A DNA stretch of 64,000 bases from Methanocaldococcus indicus (GTDB taxonomy: Archaea > AGJL01 > Methanococci > Methanococcales > Methanocaldococcaceae): assembly GCF_049554935.1 (NCBI RefSeq), contig NZ_CP186926.1:1024001-1088000 (forward strand). The letters run 5' to 3'. The position numbers and the translations under genes were made by a program. The notes under the pieces are model-generated. The model was not told the DNA's origin and ran no database searches. It was given only the letters and a program-made list of their open reading frames with translations. Below, piece after piece: positions 1 through 9,165 of this stretch (positions within the stretch are counted from its first letter, which is position 1; each line of letters begins with the position of its first letter).

Positions 1-1141
1 AATAATTTTTATCTAATTCCTTAAATATTAAATTTTTTATTTCTTTTATATTTATATCTCTATTTTTTGAGTACATACATACTTTCCATAAATCCCTCTC
101 AGCCAATTTTAAGCTATTTGCTATTTTGGAGATGTTGTCTAATTTATCAACTTTATTATCTGAAAGTATGTATATATTATGTTCTTCAATTTTAGGAAGT
201 GGATATATATCTATAAATATGTCATATCCAAAAATATTCTTTAACTTTTCCTCTAACTTTAATATCTCCTTCTCATCAATATTTACAAGTATCCATCTTT
301 GCTTTGGAGTTAATTCATTGTAAGAGAACTCTAAAACTTTTTTATACAATTCTCTCCTATCAATAAAATTCATTAAATAGTTTTCACAACTCCTTAATCT
401 TGAAACTAAATCAATATCATCCATATATTTTAACTCTTCAATATTTAAATTATTATTTTTAATTTCTTCTATAACAGCCCTCTTCAGCATTGTATTTACA
501 ATTCTGACAGTTTTGTGCATATAAACAGCTGAATACATTTGATGTCTTGCTACTAATAAGGACTCAATAGCTTGAATTCCTTTTTTAATTACACCTATCT
601 TAACCTTACCAAAGTATTCAAAAGTTTTTAAACTTCTTATTATTCTTGGTAAATCTATGAGTCCATAAGCTGTCCCAGTATGATAACTATCTCTTAATAA
701 ATAATCCATTCTATCAGCATCTACATCCCCAGAGATTATTTCACTTTCTAATCTTTTTCCACTTAATACATCTAAAATCTCTTTATTGCTAAAAACTCCT
801 AAATCCATTTTTTTTATAATTTTTTTACCAACCTTTTCATGATTGTAATTTAAAATTTCTAAGGTATGTGAAAATGGAGGATGTCCAATATCATGTAAAA
901 GAGCACTTATCTTAACCAACTCTATATCAATATCATCAATTTTTTCAGCTATTTTTTGAGAAATAAACATTGTACCTAAAGAATGCTCAAATCTTGTATG
1001 ATTTGCAGAAGGATAAACAAGATTAGCTAAACCTAACTGTTTTATATTTCTTAACCTTTGGAATTCTTCACTATCTATAATTTTAAGTATTTCATCTTCA
1101 ATATAAATATCTTTATGAATGCTATCTCTTATAACTTTCAT
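1..1141 (-). CDS. HD-domain phosphohydrolase (SAMHD1/dGTPase-like), 3' end beyond left edge
   Basis: Manual translation (not in ORF track): MKVIRDSIHKDIYI...FQRLRNIKQLG...YPSANHTRFEHSLG...ALLHDIGHPPFSH...DADRMDYLLRD; alternative ATG at 1147. Confidence 0.9.
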   Translation of the reverse strand, partial: MKVIRDSIHKDIYIEDEILKIIDSEEFQRLRNIKQLGLANLVYPSANHTRFEHSLGTMFISQKIAEKIDDIDIELVKISALLHDIGHPPFSHTLEILNYNHEKVGKKIIKKMDLGVFSNKEILDVLSGKRLESEIISGDVDADRMDYLLRDSYHTGTAYGLIDLPRIIRSLKTFEYFGKVKIGVIKKGIQAIESLLVARHQMYSAVYMHKTVRIVNTMLKRAVIEEIKNNNLNIEELKYMDDIDLVSRLRSCENYLMNFIDRRELYKKVLEFSYNELTPKQRWILVNIDEKEILKLEEKLKNIFGYDIFIDIYPLPKIEEHNIYILSDNKVDKLDNISKIANSLKLAERDLWKVCMYSKNRDINIKEIKNLIFKELDKNY

Positions 1142-1177
1142 ATTCATCCACAATAATAAATAAAAAAATTTTATTTT

Positions 1178-2344
1178 TTATTCACTCCAAACAGTTCCAT
1201 TAAGATATGCTAAAATTTTGTCATTAGTTTTGTTATAAACTTTTCCTATTAGGACTTTTAATTTTTCTCCCTCTGATGTATTTATTCTCTCAATCTTTTT
1301 AATTTTTATAACCATTCTCATCTTTCTCATAAACTCCAAATATTCATCTAAATCTTCCTCACTATCAAAAATTAGCTCTATATCTTCTGTTACTCTTTCA
1401 TTATTTGCAACTTTTTTAATACTTTCAACCATTGGGAATATTATACTCTTCCCAATATCATAAGCTCTCTTATCTAAATCTTCATCATTAAATTCATAAG
1501 CCATAAATCCCTCTCTAACAACTCTACTAAATATAAAATCAACACCTAAATCAAAAAAGAAAGTAAATGCCTCTTCTAAATCTTTACAATGAATAAAATG
1601 AGTTGTGTATTTTAGTGGAGGAACAGTCATATCTAAATCTTTTATTACTACCCCTTCCCTACCTTTTTTATCTAATTCTAAAATTATATTTTTAATCTCT
1701 TCATGAGCTATATCTTTATCAACAATTTTTATTGGTTTTGTGTGAGGTAAATTATACTTTTCCAATAAACTTAATCTCTCTTTTACTGGTAGAGAGTTGT
1801 TTGTTTCTTTCTCTTTTATGTCAAATATATAAAATCCTAAATTTTCATATTCTTTCTCAACCTCTTCATAATAAAATGGAGTATATGGATTATTCTTCCC
1901 TATCATTTCTCCACATAACATATAGTTTGGATAATCATCTAAAATATTCAAATCTAAATATTTATTTATTTTTTTAGTTGTAAAAGGACAAATATAACCA
2001 CTTCTTGTCAATGCAACATACTTATCATTAACTTTAACAACTCTAATATTGTATCCATTAAGTTTTTCTTCAATTGCTACCTTATCTACAAAATGGTTTT
2101 TTATAGTTGGATAAAGTGTTATTGCTCTATATGTTTTGGGATAACCTCTAACAACATCTAAATTCTCATTTAAGAAAATAACTGTTCCCTTTTCTAAATG
2201 TTTAAATTCTTTTTTAAAAGTTAGTAATTTTATATCTTTATATTCATACTCCCTTAGGATTCCTTTTTTAAATGCTTTATTTAAATCTTTTAAAGAAATA
2301 TTTAGTTTATTTGCTATATCTTCTAAGTTGTATGTACTAATCAT
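1178..2344 (-). CDS. ATP-dependent RNA ligase, Pab1020/Rnl3 family
   Basis: Motif I EEKLNGYN, CGE, FDI, EGVVIK, LKYT; 388 aa. Confidence 0.9.
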   Translation of the reverse strand: MISTYNLEDIANKLNISLKDLNKAFKKGILREYEYKDIKLLTFKKEFKHLEKGTVIFLNENLDVVRGYPKTYRAITLYPTIKNHFVDKVAIEEKLNGYNIRVVKVNDKYVALTRSGYICPFTTKKINKYLDLNILDDYPNYMLCGEMIGKNNPYTPFYYEEVEKEYENLGFYIFDIKEKETNNSLPVKERLSLLEKYNLPHTKPIKIVDKDIAHEEIKNIILELDKKGREGVVIKDLDMTVPPLKYTTHFIHCKDLEEAFTFFFDLGVDFIFSRVVREGFMAYEFNDEDLDKRAYDIGKSIIFPMVESIKKVANNERVTEDIELIFDSEEDLDEYLEFMRKMRMVIKIKKIERINTSEGEKLKVLIGKVYNKTNDKILAYLNGTVWSE

Positions 2345-2349
2345 TCAAC

Positions 2350-2922
2350 TCACCTTAAATCTTCAATAGTATTTATATTATAGAATGCCTTCTTATCAAA
2401 TAGCTCAGAATTGATATACATAGGATTTAGATGCTTTATAAAATATCTAATAGATAAATTATCTTTTTCTAAAATTATCTTTCTTAAATAAATTAATGAT
2501 TCTCTTTTGTATAATGCAAATAGTGGCTCAATAAAACCATTTTTATGTTTTGGGATAATGCATAAGTTGTTTTTAGCTTCTTTTATTTTTGATATTAGTA
2601 TATCTACATCTTTTTTGGATATTAAGGGACTATCACATGGCAAAACTAAATACCATTCTGCATTTATTGATAGCATTCCACAATATATCCCCATTAATGG
2701 ACCTAAATCATTTATTAAATCAAAAGATAAAGATAATTTATATTTTTTAACAATATCATTTAGGTTTAAATCTTCTCTAACAACTACAACAAAAGGAATA
2801 TTTAGCTCTTTAAGAGTAGTTATAGGATACTCAATTAAATATTTATTTTTAAATTTTCTTAAAGGTTTTTTTCCTCCAATTCTTCTTCCTTTCCCCCCAG
2901 CTAATACAATGCCTGCTATGAT
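2350..2922 (-). CDS. mobA: Molybdenum cofactor guanylyltransferase
   Basis: Frame is open upstream of the track ORF to IIAGIVLAGGKGRRIGGKKP; GPLMGI, PCDSP, EPLFALY and NINT motifs; start appears non-canonical (ATC/ATA). Confidence 0.85.
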   Translation of the reverse strand: MIAGIVLAGGKGRRIGGKKPLRKFKNKYLIEYPITTLKELNIPFVVVVREDLNLNDIVKKYKLSLSFDLINDLGPLMGIYCGMLSINAEWYLVLPCDSPLISKKDVDILISKIKEAKNNLCIIPKHKNGFIEPLFALYKRESLIYLRKIILEKDNLSIRYFIKHLNPMYINSELFDKKAFYNINTIEDLR

Positions 2923-4160
2923 ATTATCTCACCATTGAATAGTATAGATGGAGCTATTAACTTGCCTCTCTGCTCTATATCATTTAAAGGAATAGCTTCT
3001 TTAAACAACTCAAAAATATTTCCTCCAAATAATCCCTTCTTTATTGGAGTAATTTCTCCATTTTTATATAAGTAGGAGTTTTGTATCTCAACTGAAAAAT
3101 CTCCAGTTATTGGATTTGATGTATGTGCTCCAATAACATTATTTATATAGATATATTCATCAAAATCATTTAAGGAGTATTTACTACTTTCAATTATTAT
3201 ATTTGTTGTTCCAACATGTGGAATAGAGGAATAACTTCTTAAACCATTTCCAGTAGATTCTTTACCTTCTTTATTTGCTCTCTTTATATCATATAAATAA
3301 TTCTTTAAAATTCCATTCTCTACTAAAACAGTTCTCTGTGTTTTTGTTCCTTCTCCATCAACTTTTCCAGAAGCTAAACCATAGTCAATAGTTCCATCAT
3401 CAACTATTGTTATACTGTTGTTAAATATTTCCTCTCCCAATTTTCCTTTTAAATAACTTCTATTCCTTTGGACATTCTCAGCTGAAAAAGCTGGAATTAA
3501 TGTATATCCTAACAAAGACCTCAGAGCTCTTGGAGATAATACTATATTTCCTTTATATTTTATCTTTACCCCATTTTTTGATAATTCAGCCAATTTTAAA
3601 GCTTTTTCTGTTAGCTGTTTTGTATCAAATAGTTTTATAGATGTTTTATATTCATGAGAAGGTTCGTTATCCAACATTATAGATATTCCTGCTGAGAAAG
3701 ATGTAGATGTTTCTTCAACATCTACTCCATTAGAGTTTATTAATCTAAAATATCCTATCTCCTTATCTACACTACCACTTAATACTTCTGCACCTTTTTC
3801 AATAGCTAAATCTCTCATCTCTATTAAATATTCCATTAAATCAGTTTCATCCAAATTTTCTACATCTTTACTAAAAATTTTAGGATTTTTATATTTATCA
3901 GGATAAGAAAAAGATACATACTCATCATAAACTAAGTTTTTCATAGCTTTATACACTATTGATTCATCTAATTTATTTGAATATGCAAAACCAACCTTAT
4001 TATCTTTTAAAACTCTCACACCAATACCATAACTTTTATAATACTCAGAGGTATCTACACTTTTTCCATCCAACTCAATACTTGAACTCTCTCCTTCAAC
4101 ATAATAAACTTCAACATCAAAACCTTCTCTTTCTCCAATTTTCATAATCTTTTCTAACAT
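2916..4160 (-). CDS. TldD/PmbA family protein (PmbA/TldE-like)
   Basis: GIGVRV..GFAYS, DGEG, STGNG and NPITGDFS motifs; probable start MLEK at 4160. Confidence 0.9.
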   Translation of the reverse strand: MLEKIMKIGEREGFDVEVYYVEGESSSIELDGKSVDTSEYYKSYGIGVRVLKDNKVGFAYSNKLDESIVYKAMKNLVYDEYVSFSYPDKYKNPKIFSKDVENLDETDLMEYLIEMRDLAIEKGAEVLSGSVDKEIGYFRLINSNGVDVEETSTSFSAGISIMLDNEPSHEYKTSIKLFDTKQLTEKALKLAELSKNGVKIKYKGNIVLSPRALRSLLGYTLIPAFSAENVQRNRSYLKGKLGEEIFNNSITIVDDGTIDYGLASGKVDGEGTKTQRTVLVENGILKNYLYDIKRANKEGKESTGNGLRSYSSIPHVGTTNIIIESSKYSLNDFDEYIYINNVIGAHTSNPITGDFSVEIQNSYLYKNGEITPIKKGLFGGNIFELFKEAIPLNDIEQRGKLIAPSILFNGEIIS

Positions 4161-4164
4161 CTTA

Positions 4165-5334
4165 TCACATATATTTGAATATTTTATAAAATATGTCTGT
4201 TGATGGATGTGTTTCAATAAAATTCTCATAGATATTTATTCCTTTTATATACTGAGCAAAATAAGGAACTACTTCATAGGCAGGAATCATAGTAAGAGCT
4301 CCAACAACTTTATTATTTTCATAGTATATCTTATTTATCCCTATATTATCTAAAACTCTAAAAAAGTTGTTCATTCCAACAGAGCTCTTAACTAATTTAT
4401 ATTTATTTGTTTGCTTTCCTACATAACTAATATTTAGCCTTAATCTTATGTTTTTTGGTATTAAACTATATTCTAATTTTTTCAAAGGTTTATTTTTTGT
4501 TAATCTAATTATATTTTCTGCAACAGTTAGAGCATCAATCCTTGCAGCAGGTGTATTTCCAAAGGAGTTAATTCTACAATCTCCACAAGCAAATTCTTTA
4601 TTATTAATTCTTAAGAATTCATCAGTTTTATATGTTGATTTTCCACCAATTGCTAAGATTTTTAAATAATCATCATTATCTAATAATTCTTTTAATCTAT
4701 CTTTACTGTAAGTTATTTCAAAATCAATTAAATTTTTTTTGATATAGTTCTTTATATCTTCATCCTTGATATCCTTTAATATTTCACTTCTTGAATATAA
4801 GGTAACATCTGAACCAAAGTCAGAAAATACTGGTGCTATCTCCAACCCAACAGTTCCACCACCTATAACTAACAACTTCTCAGGTAGTTCTTTTAAATTT
4901 GGAATATCAGTATGATTTAAAAGTGTTCTATTTTCAAATTCTTTTGTGTAAATTTTACCAGTAGCATAAACTATATAATCATAATCATCTTTATAATCAT
5001 TTTTAAATTCTTTATAAATGATATTAACTCCTGCCTCTTTGGTTTCTTTCTCTAACTTGTTTCTAATTCTATCCAAAACATCTTTAATTTTATTTTGAAG
5101 TTCTTTAAAACTAACTATCTCTTCCAAATGTATTTTTTTATTTTTTATTATTGAGAGATTTATTAAATTATTTGCTATCTCCCTCAAACCTGTGAAGTAT
5201 GTGCATCCATAATTTAAACATGTCCCTCCTAACTTATCTTTTTCATATAAATCAACTTCAAAATTATTTTTAGCTAATATTAAAGAGAGTAATCTTCCTG
5301 CTGGACCAGCTCCAACAATAGCTACTCTACTCAT
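4165..5334 (-). CDS. FAD-dependent pyridine nucleotide-disulfide oxidoreductase (dihydrolipoamide dehydrogenase-like)
   Basis: [15 protein letters not shown] redox disulfide, IGGG, C-terminal HPS. Confidence 0.85.
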   Translation of the reverse strand: MSRVAIVGAGPAGRLLSLILAKNNFEVDLYEKDKLGGTCLNYGCTYFTGLREIANNLINLSIIKNKKIHLEEIVSFKELQNKIKDVLDRIRNKLEKETKEAGVNIIYKEFKNDYKDDYDYIVYATGKIYTKEFENRTLLNHTDIPNLKELPEKLLVIGGGTVGLEIAPVFSDFGSDVTLYSRSEILKDIKDEDIKNYIKKNLIDFEITYSKDRLKELLDNDDYLKILAIGGKSTYKTDEFLRINNKEFACGDCRINSFGNTPAARIDALTVAENIIRLTKNKPLKKLEYSLIPKNIRLRLNISYVGKQTNKYKLVKSSVGMNNFFRVLDNIGINKIYYENNKVVGALTMIPAYEVVPYFAQYIKGINIYENFIETHPSTDIFYKIFKYM

Positions 5335-5833
5335 GCTTATCCTCTTTCTCCATTTTAAAATCTTCATTTATTTTGATAACTATGTCAGCAATTTTTTGTA
5401 AAGCTGTTGAAAAACCTGGCTCTGCTCCTATAATAATTATTCTTTTTCCCTTTTCTTTTGCTTTTCTTATTGCTGGAAGAAAATCTGCATCTCTTGTAAC
5501 ATAAACAATAGTATCAATACTTGGATTAAAAACTAACTCAGTAGCATCAACAGCCATCTCTACATCCACATCCCCAGCAGATATCCTTGGCTCAAATCCC
5601 TGATTTATAACTGCCTCTATCAATTTATCAGATGCATACTGATTTAAATAAACCCTTCCAATAACTATGTCTCCATATTCCTCTAAAATTTCTCTTATTT
5701 TATCTAAATTTATATTAAACTCTTTTCTTAACATATTTGGGCCATCTATTAATAAAGCAATTTTTGCATTACCTCTCTTCCTTTTAGCTTTTTCATAAAT
5801 TTTATGAGTTAAACTTTCCAATTTTTTCCACAT
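5327..5833 (-). CDS. NYN/LabA-like PIN-fold protein (TIGR00288-like)
   Basis: [23 protein letters not shown]; start MWKK after a GGTGA SD. Confidence 0.85.
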   Translation of the reverse strand: MWKKLESLTHKIYEKAKRKRGNAKIALLIDGPNMLRKEFNINLDKIREILEEYGDIVIGRVYLNQYASDKLIEAVINQGFEPRISAGDVDVEMAVDATELVFNPSIDTIVYVTRDADFLPAIRKAKEKGKRIIIIGAEPGFSTALQKIADIVIKINEDFKMEKEDKHE

Positions 5834-5960
5834 GTATCTCACCAAAATAAACATTGGAATATGTAAGAATATAAGAGCATAAATATAAACAACATTACAA
5901 AAATCCTAATCTTTAATTTATTGTAACAATCTAATATAAAACAGTAATTAACACTAAATA

Positions 5961-6030
5961 AAATAGCGTCTCAGTTAGTGCCGATTTCCTCATCAAATCA
6001 GTGGGGGTAACTATCATCATTGACGCATAA
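5961..6030 (-). ncRNA. Box C/D methylation guide sRNA
   Basis: Minus strand gcgtca-ATGATGA-tagttaccccca-CTGA-t-TTGATGA-ggaaatcggcactaa-CTGA-gacgc: boxes C, D', C', D with terminal stem GCGTC/GACGC. Confidence 0.92.
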
Positions 6031-6048
6031 AAAAGAATAATAAAATTT

Positions 6049-6573
6049 TTAGATTTTTAAGAGTTCTCTACCTTTTGAAATAACTATTTTACATGGCATT
6101 GGTAATTTCATAGCAGCTCTTCTTAAAGCCTCTTTTGCAGCTTCATACTTATCTGGATTTACCCAGATTGTTAAAACAGCTTGTCCTTCTTTAACTCTTG
6201 CAGCTGTTCCTATTGGCTTACCAAAAGCCAACCTCATACCATCAGAAATCCTATCTGCCCCAGCTCCTGTAGCCATTTTGTGCTCTCTTAATACTTGGTG
6301 TGGATATACTCTAATTTGGAATTTATATCCCATTCTACCGCACATTTTTGCAATATACTTGTTTGCAGCAACTCTTGCAGCTTCTAATGCATTGTGTCTT
6401 ATTTGAATATCTTTTGTAGATACTAAATCTACTTGAACTGGAAAGTCAGCAGATAAATTACCCATAATGTAATGGACAACTTTTGGTTGTGGAACTCCTT
6501 TTATATACTCTTTTCTTGTGTATGGTGGTTTATCTACATCTCTATAACATCTGTTTGGTCTTAAAGAAGCCAT
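6049..6573 (-). CDS. rpl10e: 50S ribosomal protein L10e (uL16)
   Basis: [18 protein letters not shown] signature. Confidence 0.97.
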   Translation of the reverse strand: MASLRPNRCYRDVDKPPYTRKEYIKGVPQPKVVHYIMGNLSADFPVQVDLVSTKDIQIRHNALEAARVAANKYIAKMCGRMGYKFQIRVYPHQVLREHKMATGAGADRISDGMRLAFGKPIGTAARVKEGQAVLTIWVNPDKYEAAKEALRRAAMKLPMPCKIVISKGRELLKI

Positions 6574-6682
6574 GTTTTCACCTAAATAATATTTATATTA
6601 TTCAATGCTTTATTTTAATGAGTTAATAAAAATAATTTGTTTTAGTTTATATAATTTATTATTAGATAATGAATTCAAATTT

Positions 6683-6793
6683 TTAAAGGCCTATTAAAAA
6701 TACTGGCACAACTGAAAGGAGCATGATAACTGCAATAATTATAGCAATTATTTGTCTTTTAGTTAAATTTAACTTTTTATTTTTCTTTTTCAT
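6683..6793 (-). CDS. Putative small single-TM membrane protein (36 aa)
   Basis: MKKKNKKLNLTKRQIIAIIIAVIMLLSVVPVFLIGL*; overlaps the end of cyaB, GGAG just upstream. Confidence 0.55.
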   Translation of the reverse strand: MKKKNKKLNLTKRQIIAIIIAVIMLLSVVPVFLIGL

Positions 6794-7313
6794 ACTCCAT
6801 CATCTCTAAATATGACTTAGTTATTATATTCTCCTTACTAATATTTAAAAGCTCTAACAAGTTTAACAACTCCTGCACATCATTTTTATTATATTCTTCA
6901 GCTTCTTTTTCTAACTCTATAAATGTCCCTAAACCTTCAACATCATCAATACAAACAGTTATATTATTATCTTTCTTATATATTTCTCTGCATTTTTTTA
7001 TAACTCTAACTTCTTTAAATCCAAGTTTTTTTAATATGTTTTTCATCTTTTCTTTATCTTCTATTCTAACTTCTATCTCTTCTCTTGATTTAGATATCTT
7101 ATCTAATTTAGGGCCTTTGTATGTTAAATAATAATTTCCACATACATCTCTTATTCTTAAAGCTTCATCAGTTTCTTTAAAATCTCTATCTATGCCATTA
7201 AAATATATATCCTCTTGATACTCTTTCTTAACAAAAGAAAAATTTAAAGATTTTAATTTTTTTATGATTTCTTCTTTATTATCTATCTTTGCTTTAACTT
7301 CAATCTCAAACAT
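6777..7313 (-). CDS. cyaB: CYTH-domain protein / class IV adenylate cyclase (CyaB-like)
   Basis: N-terminal EIEVK, ALRIR, LTYKGPK, FIELE. Confidence 0.9.
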   Translation of the reverse strand: MFEIEVKAKIDNKEEIIKKLKSLNFSFVKKEYQEDIYFNGIDRDFKETDEALRIRDVCGNYYLTYKGPKLDKISKSREEIEVRIEDKEKMKNILKKLGFKEVRVIKKCREIYKKDNNITVCIDDVEGLGTFIELEKEAEEYNKNDVQELLNLLELLNISKENIITKSYLEMMEYEKEK

Positions 7314-7336
7314 AATCTCACAAAAAAAATAAAAAA

Positions 7337-7444
7337 TTAGCTTCTTGCTTTTCTTCTTTCTCTTTTCAATCTTCTTAATCTTTTCTTATACCATTTCCAT
7401 CTCATTCTACCCTTTTTCTTCCATCTTCTTGAACTTCTTTTTAT
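7337..7444 (-). CDS. rpl41e: Ribosomal protein eL41 (L41e), long archaeal form
   Basis: (I/M)[34 protein letters not shown]; not in ORF track; begins at ATA after a GAGGGTGG SD. Confidence 0.9.
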   Translation of the reverse strand: MKRSSRRWKKKGRMRWKWYKKRLRRLKRERRKARS

Positions 7445-7504
7445 GTTCCCACCCTCTTTAAAGTTTTTTTGTTTTAAATAAATATAAAAGATATTTAAAC
7501 TTTT

Positions 7505-7735
7505 TTACTTTAACCAGTGTGCTCTTTCAACTTTTATATAGCCATTTTCTGACTTAGAGAGTTTTAGAAACTTTTCTCTAAACTCTTTATCTATTTTAGG
7601 TTCATCTTCTCTTAAAACATTCTTTTTATCAATTATATAGTAACTTTCTTCACCTTCTAAATCAAATTTTTCAAGTATTTCACTAAACTTGTTTATAATC
7701 TCTTCAGCTTCCTTAATTATCTTTTCTTTCTCCAT
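7505..7735 (-). CDS. gatC: Asp/Glu-tRNA amidotransferase subunit C
   Basis: NVLREDEP motif, 76 aa, follows dapA. Confidence 0.8.
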   Translation of the reverse strand: MEKEKIIKEAEEIINKFSEILEKFDLEGEESYYIIDKKNVLREDEPKIDKEFREKFLKLSKSENGYIKVERAHWLK

Positions 7736-7738
7736 AAA

Positions 7739-8611
7739 TTATCCCAACAATCCTACATCTTTAAGAGCTTTTTTTAATATTTCCTTGTTTTCTTCTTTCA
7801 TTTCTGTAAGAGGACTTCTTAATTCACCAGCAGGAAACCCTAAAAGGTTCATTGCAGTTTTTATAGGAATTGGATTTGTTTCTATAAATAAAGCTTTCAT
7901 TAGAGGATACAACTTATAATGTATCTCTCTTGCCTTTTCAAAGTTGTTATTTAAAGCTGAATATACAAGCTCTTTCATCTCTTTTGGTAAGATGTTTGCT
8001 ATAACACTAACAACTCCTTTACCACCTAATGCTAAAATAGGTAGTGTTAGCTCATCATTTCCAGATAAAACCTCTAAATCAGTCTCTAAAATTAACTCAG
8101 AAACTTGTGAGAGATTTGGATTAGCTTCTTTTACAGCTACAATATTACTATACTCATTACTTAAATATTTAGCTGTTTCTACACTCATATTCACTATGCA
8201 TCTTGTTGGGATGTTGTATATTATTATTGGCAAATCTACACTTTCAGCTATTGTTCCAAAATGTTTTTTTAAACCTTCTTGAGTAGGTTTATTGTAATAT
8301 GGAACAACTGATAAAATAGCATCTACTCCAACATCCTCAGCAAATTTAGAAAGTTCTATAGCTTCTTGTGTGTTGTTAGAGCCAGTTCCAGCTATAACTT
8401 TTATTCTCCCATCAACAAACTCAACAGCTTTTTTTATTACTTCTTTATGTTCATCATGTGTAAGTGTAGGACTTTCCCCAGATGTTCCTACAACTACTAT
8501 TCCATCAACATCATTCTCAATTAAAAACTCAATATTCTTTTTTAGTCCATCAAAATCAATGTTGTAATTTTTAAAAGGAGTAATAATAGCAGGATATACA
8601 CCAGAAAACAT
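7739..8611 (-). CDS. dapA: 4-hydroxy-tetrahydrodipicolinate synthase
   Basis: GTSGESPTL, PYYNKP, YNIPTR, KEA, ETNPIPIK. Confidence 0.96.
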   Translation of the reverse strand: MFSGVYPAIITPFKNYNIDFDGLKKNIEFLIENDVDGIVVVGTSGESPTLTHDEHKEVIKKAVEFVDGRIKVIAGTGSNNTQEAIELSKFAEDVGVDAILSVVPYYNKPTQEGLKKHFGTIAESVDLPIIIYNIPTRCIVNMSVETAKYLSNEYSNIVAVKEANPNLSQVSELILETDLEVLSGNDELTLPILALGGKGVVSVIANILPKEMKELVYSALNNNFEKAREIHYKLYPLMKALFIETNPIPIKTAMNLLGFPAGELRSPLTEMKEENKEILKKALKDVGLLG

Positions 8612-8619
8612 AAATAAAT

Positions 8620-8811
8620 TCACCTTTGCATCTGTTTCATTTTATGAGTAATATATCCCGCTATTCTGTTTCTTAATCTTTTTGTAGATATCTCAGCTAC
8701 GTCTTCAACTCTTTTTTTATTTTCTTCAAAATCTGTGGTAAAGTAATCTTTATACTTCTTTATTAACTCCAATGCTGTCCTTTTTATAAAGAGTTGTCTC
8801 ACTCTTCCCAT
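8620..8811 (-). CDS. rps17e: 30S ribosomal protein S17e
   Basis: MGRVR...FTTDFEENK...RNRIAGYIT. Confidence 0.96.
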   Translation of the reverse strand: MGRVRQLFIKRTALELIKKYKDYFTTDFEENKKRVEDVAEISTKRLRNRIAGYITHKMKQMQR

Positions 8812-9092
8812 TTTTCCACCTTTTTTATATGTTTTTCTTGAAGTTGTTTGTTATGTTCAATTAATATCTTAAATATTTGAATGGCTATGTTTTCATCTAC
8901 ATTATAGAGCTTACAAAGTTTTTTTATACTTTCGTATTTATATTTTTCCCTCAATGGGTCGTTAATATTTAGTCCTAACTTATATTTAATATTAGCTATA
9001 TCCTTAGCCAACTTATTTCTTTCTGCAATAAGTTTTATAATGTTTTCATCTATCTCATCAATCTTTTTTCTTATACTTTCAAGCTCTTTCAT
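8799..9092 (-). CDS. aroQ: Chorismate mutase (AroQ type)
   Basis: LESIRKKIDEID...AERNKLA...K...DPLRE. Confidence 0.9.
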   Translation of the reverse strand: MKELESIRKKIDEIDENIIKLIAERNKLAKDIANIKYKLGLNINDPLREKYKYESIKKLCKLYNVDENIAIQIFKILIEHNKQLQEKHIKKVEKWEE

Positions 9093-9165
9093 AGATATCA
9101 GGGATTATTTTGGTTTTGCATTAAATAATAGTTTAAATAAAGATAGTAGTAAATAGTATAAAAAA

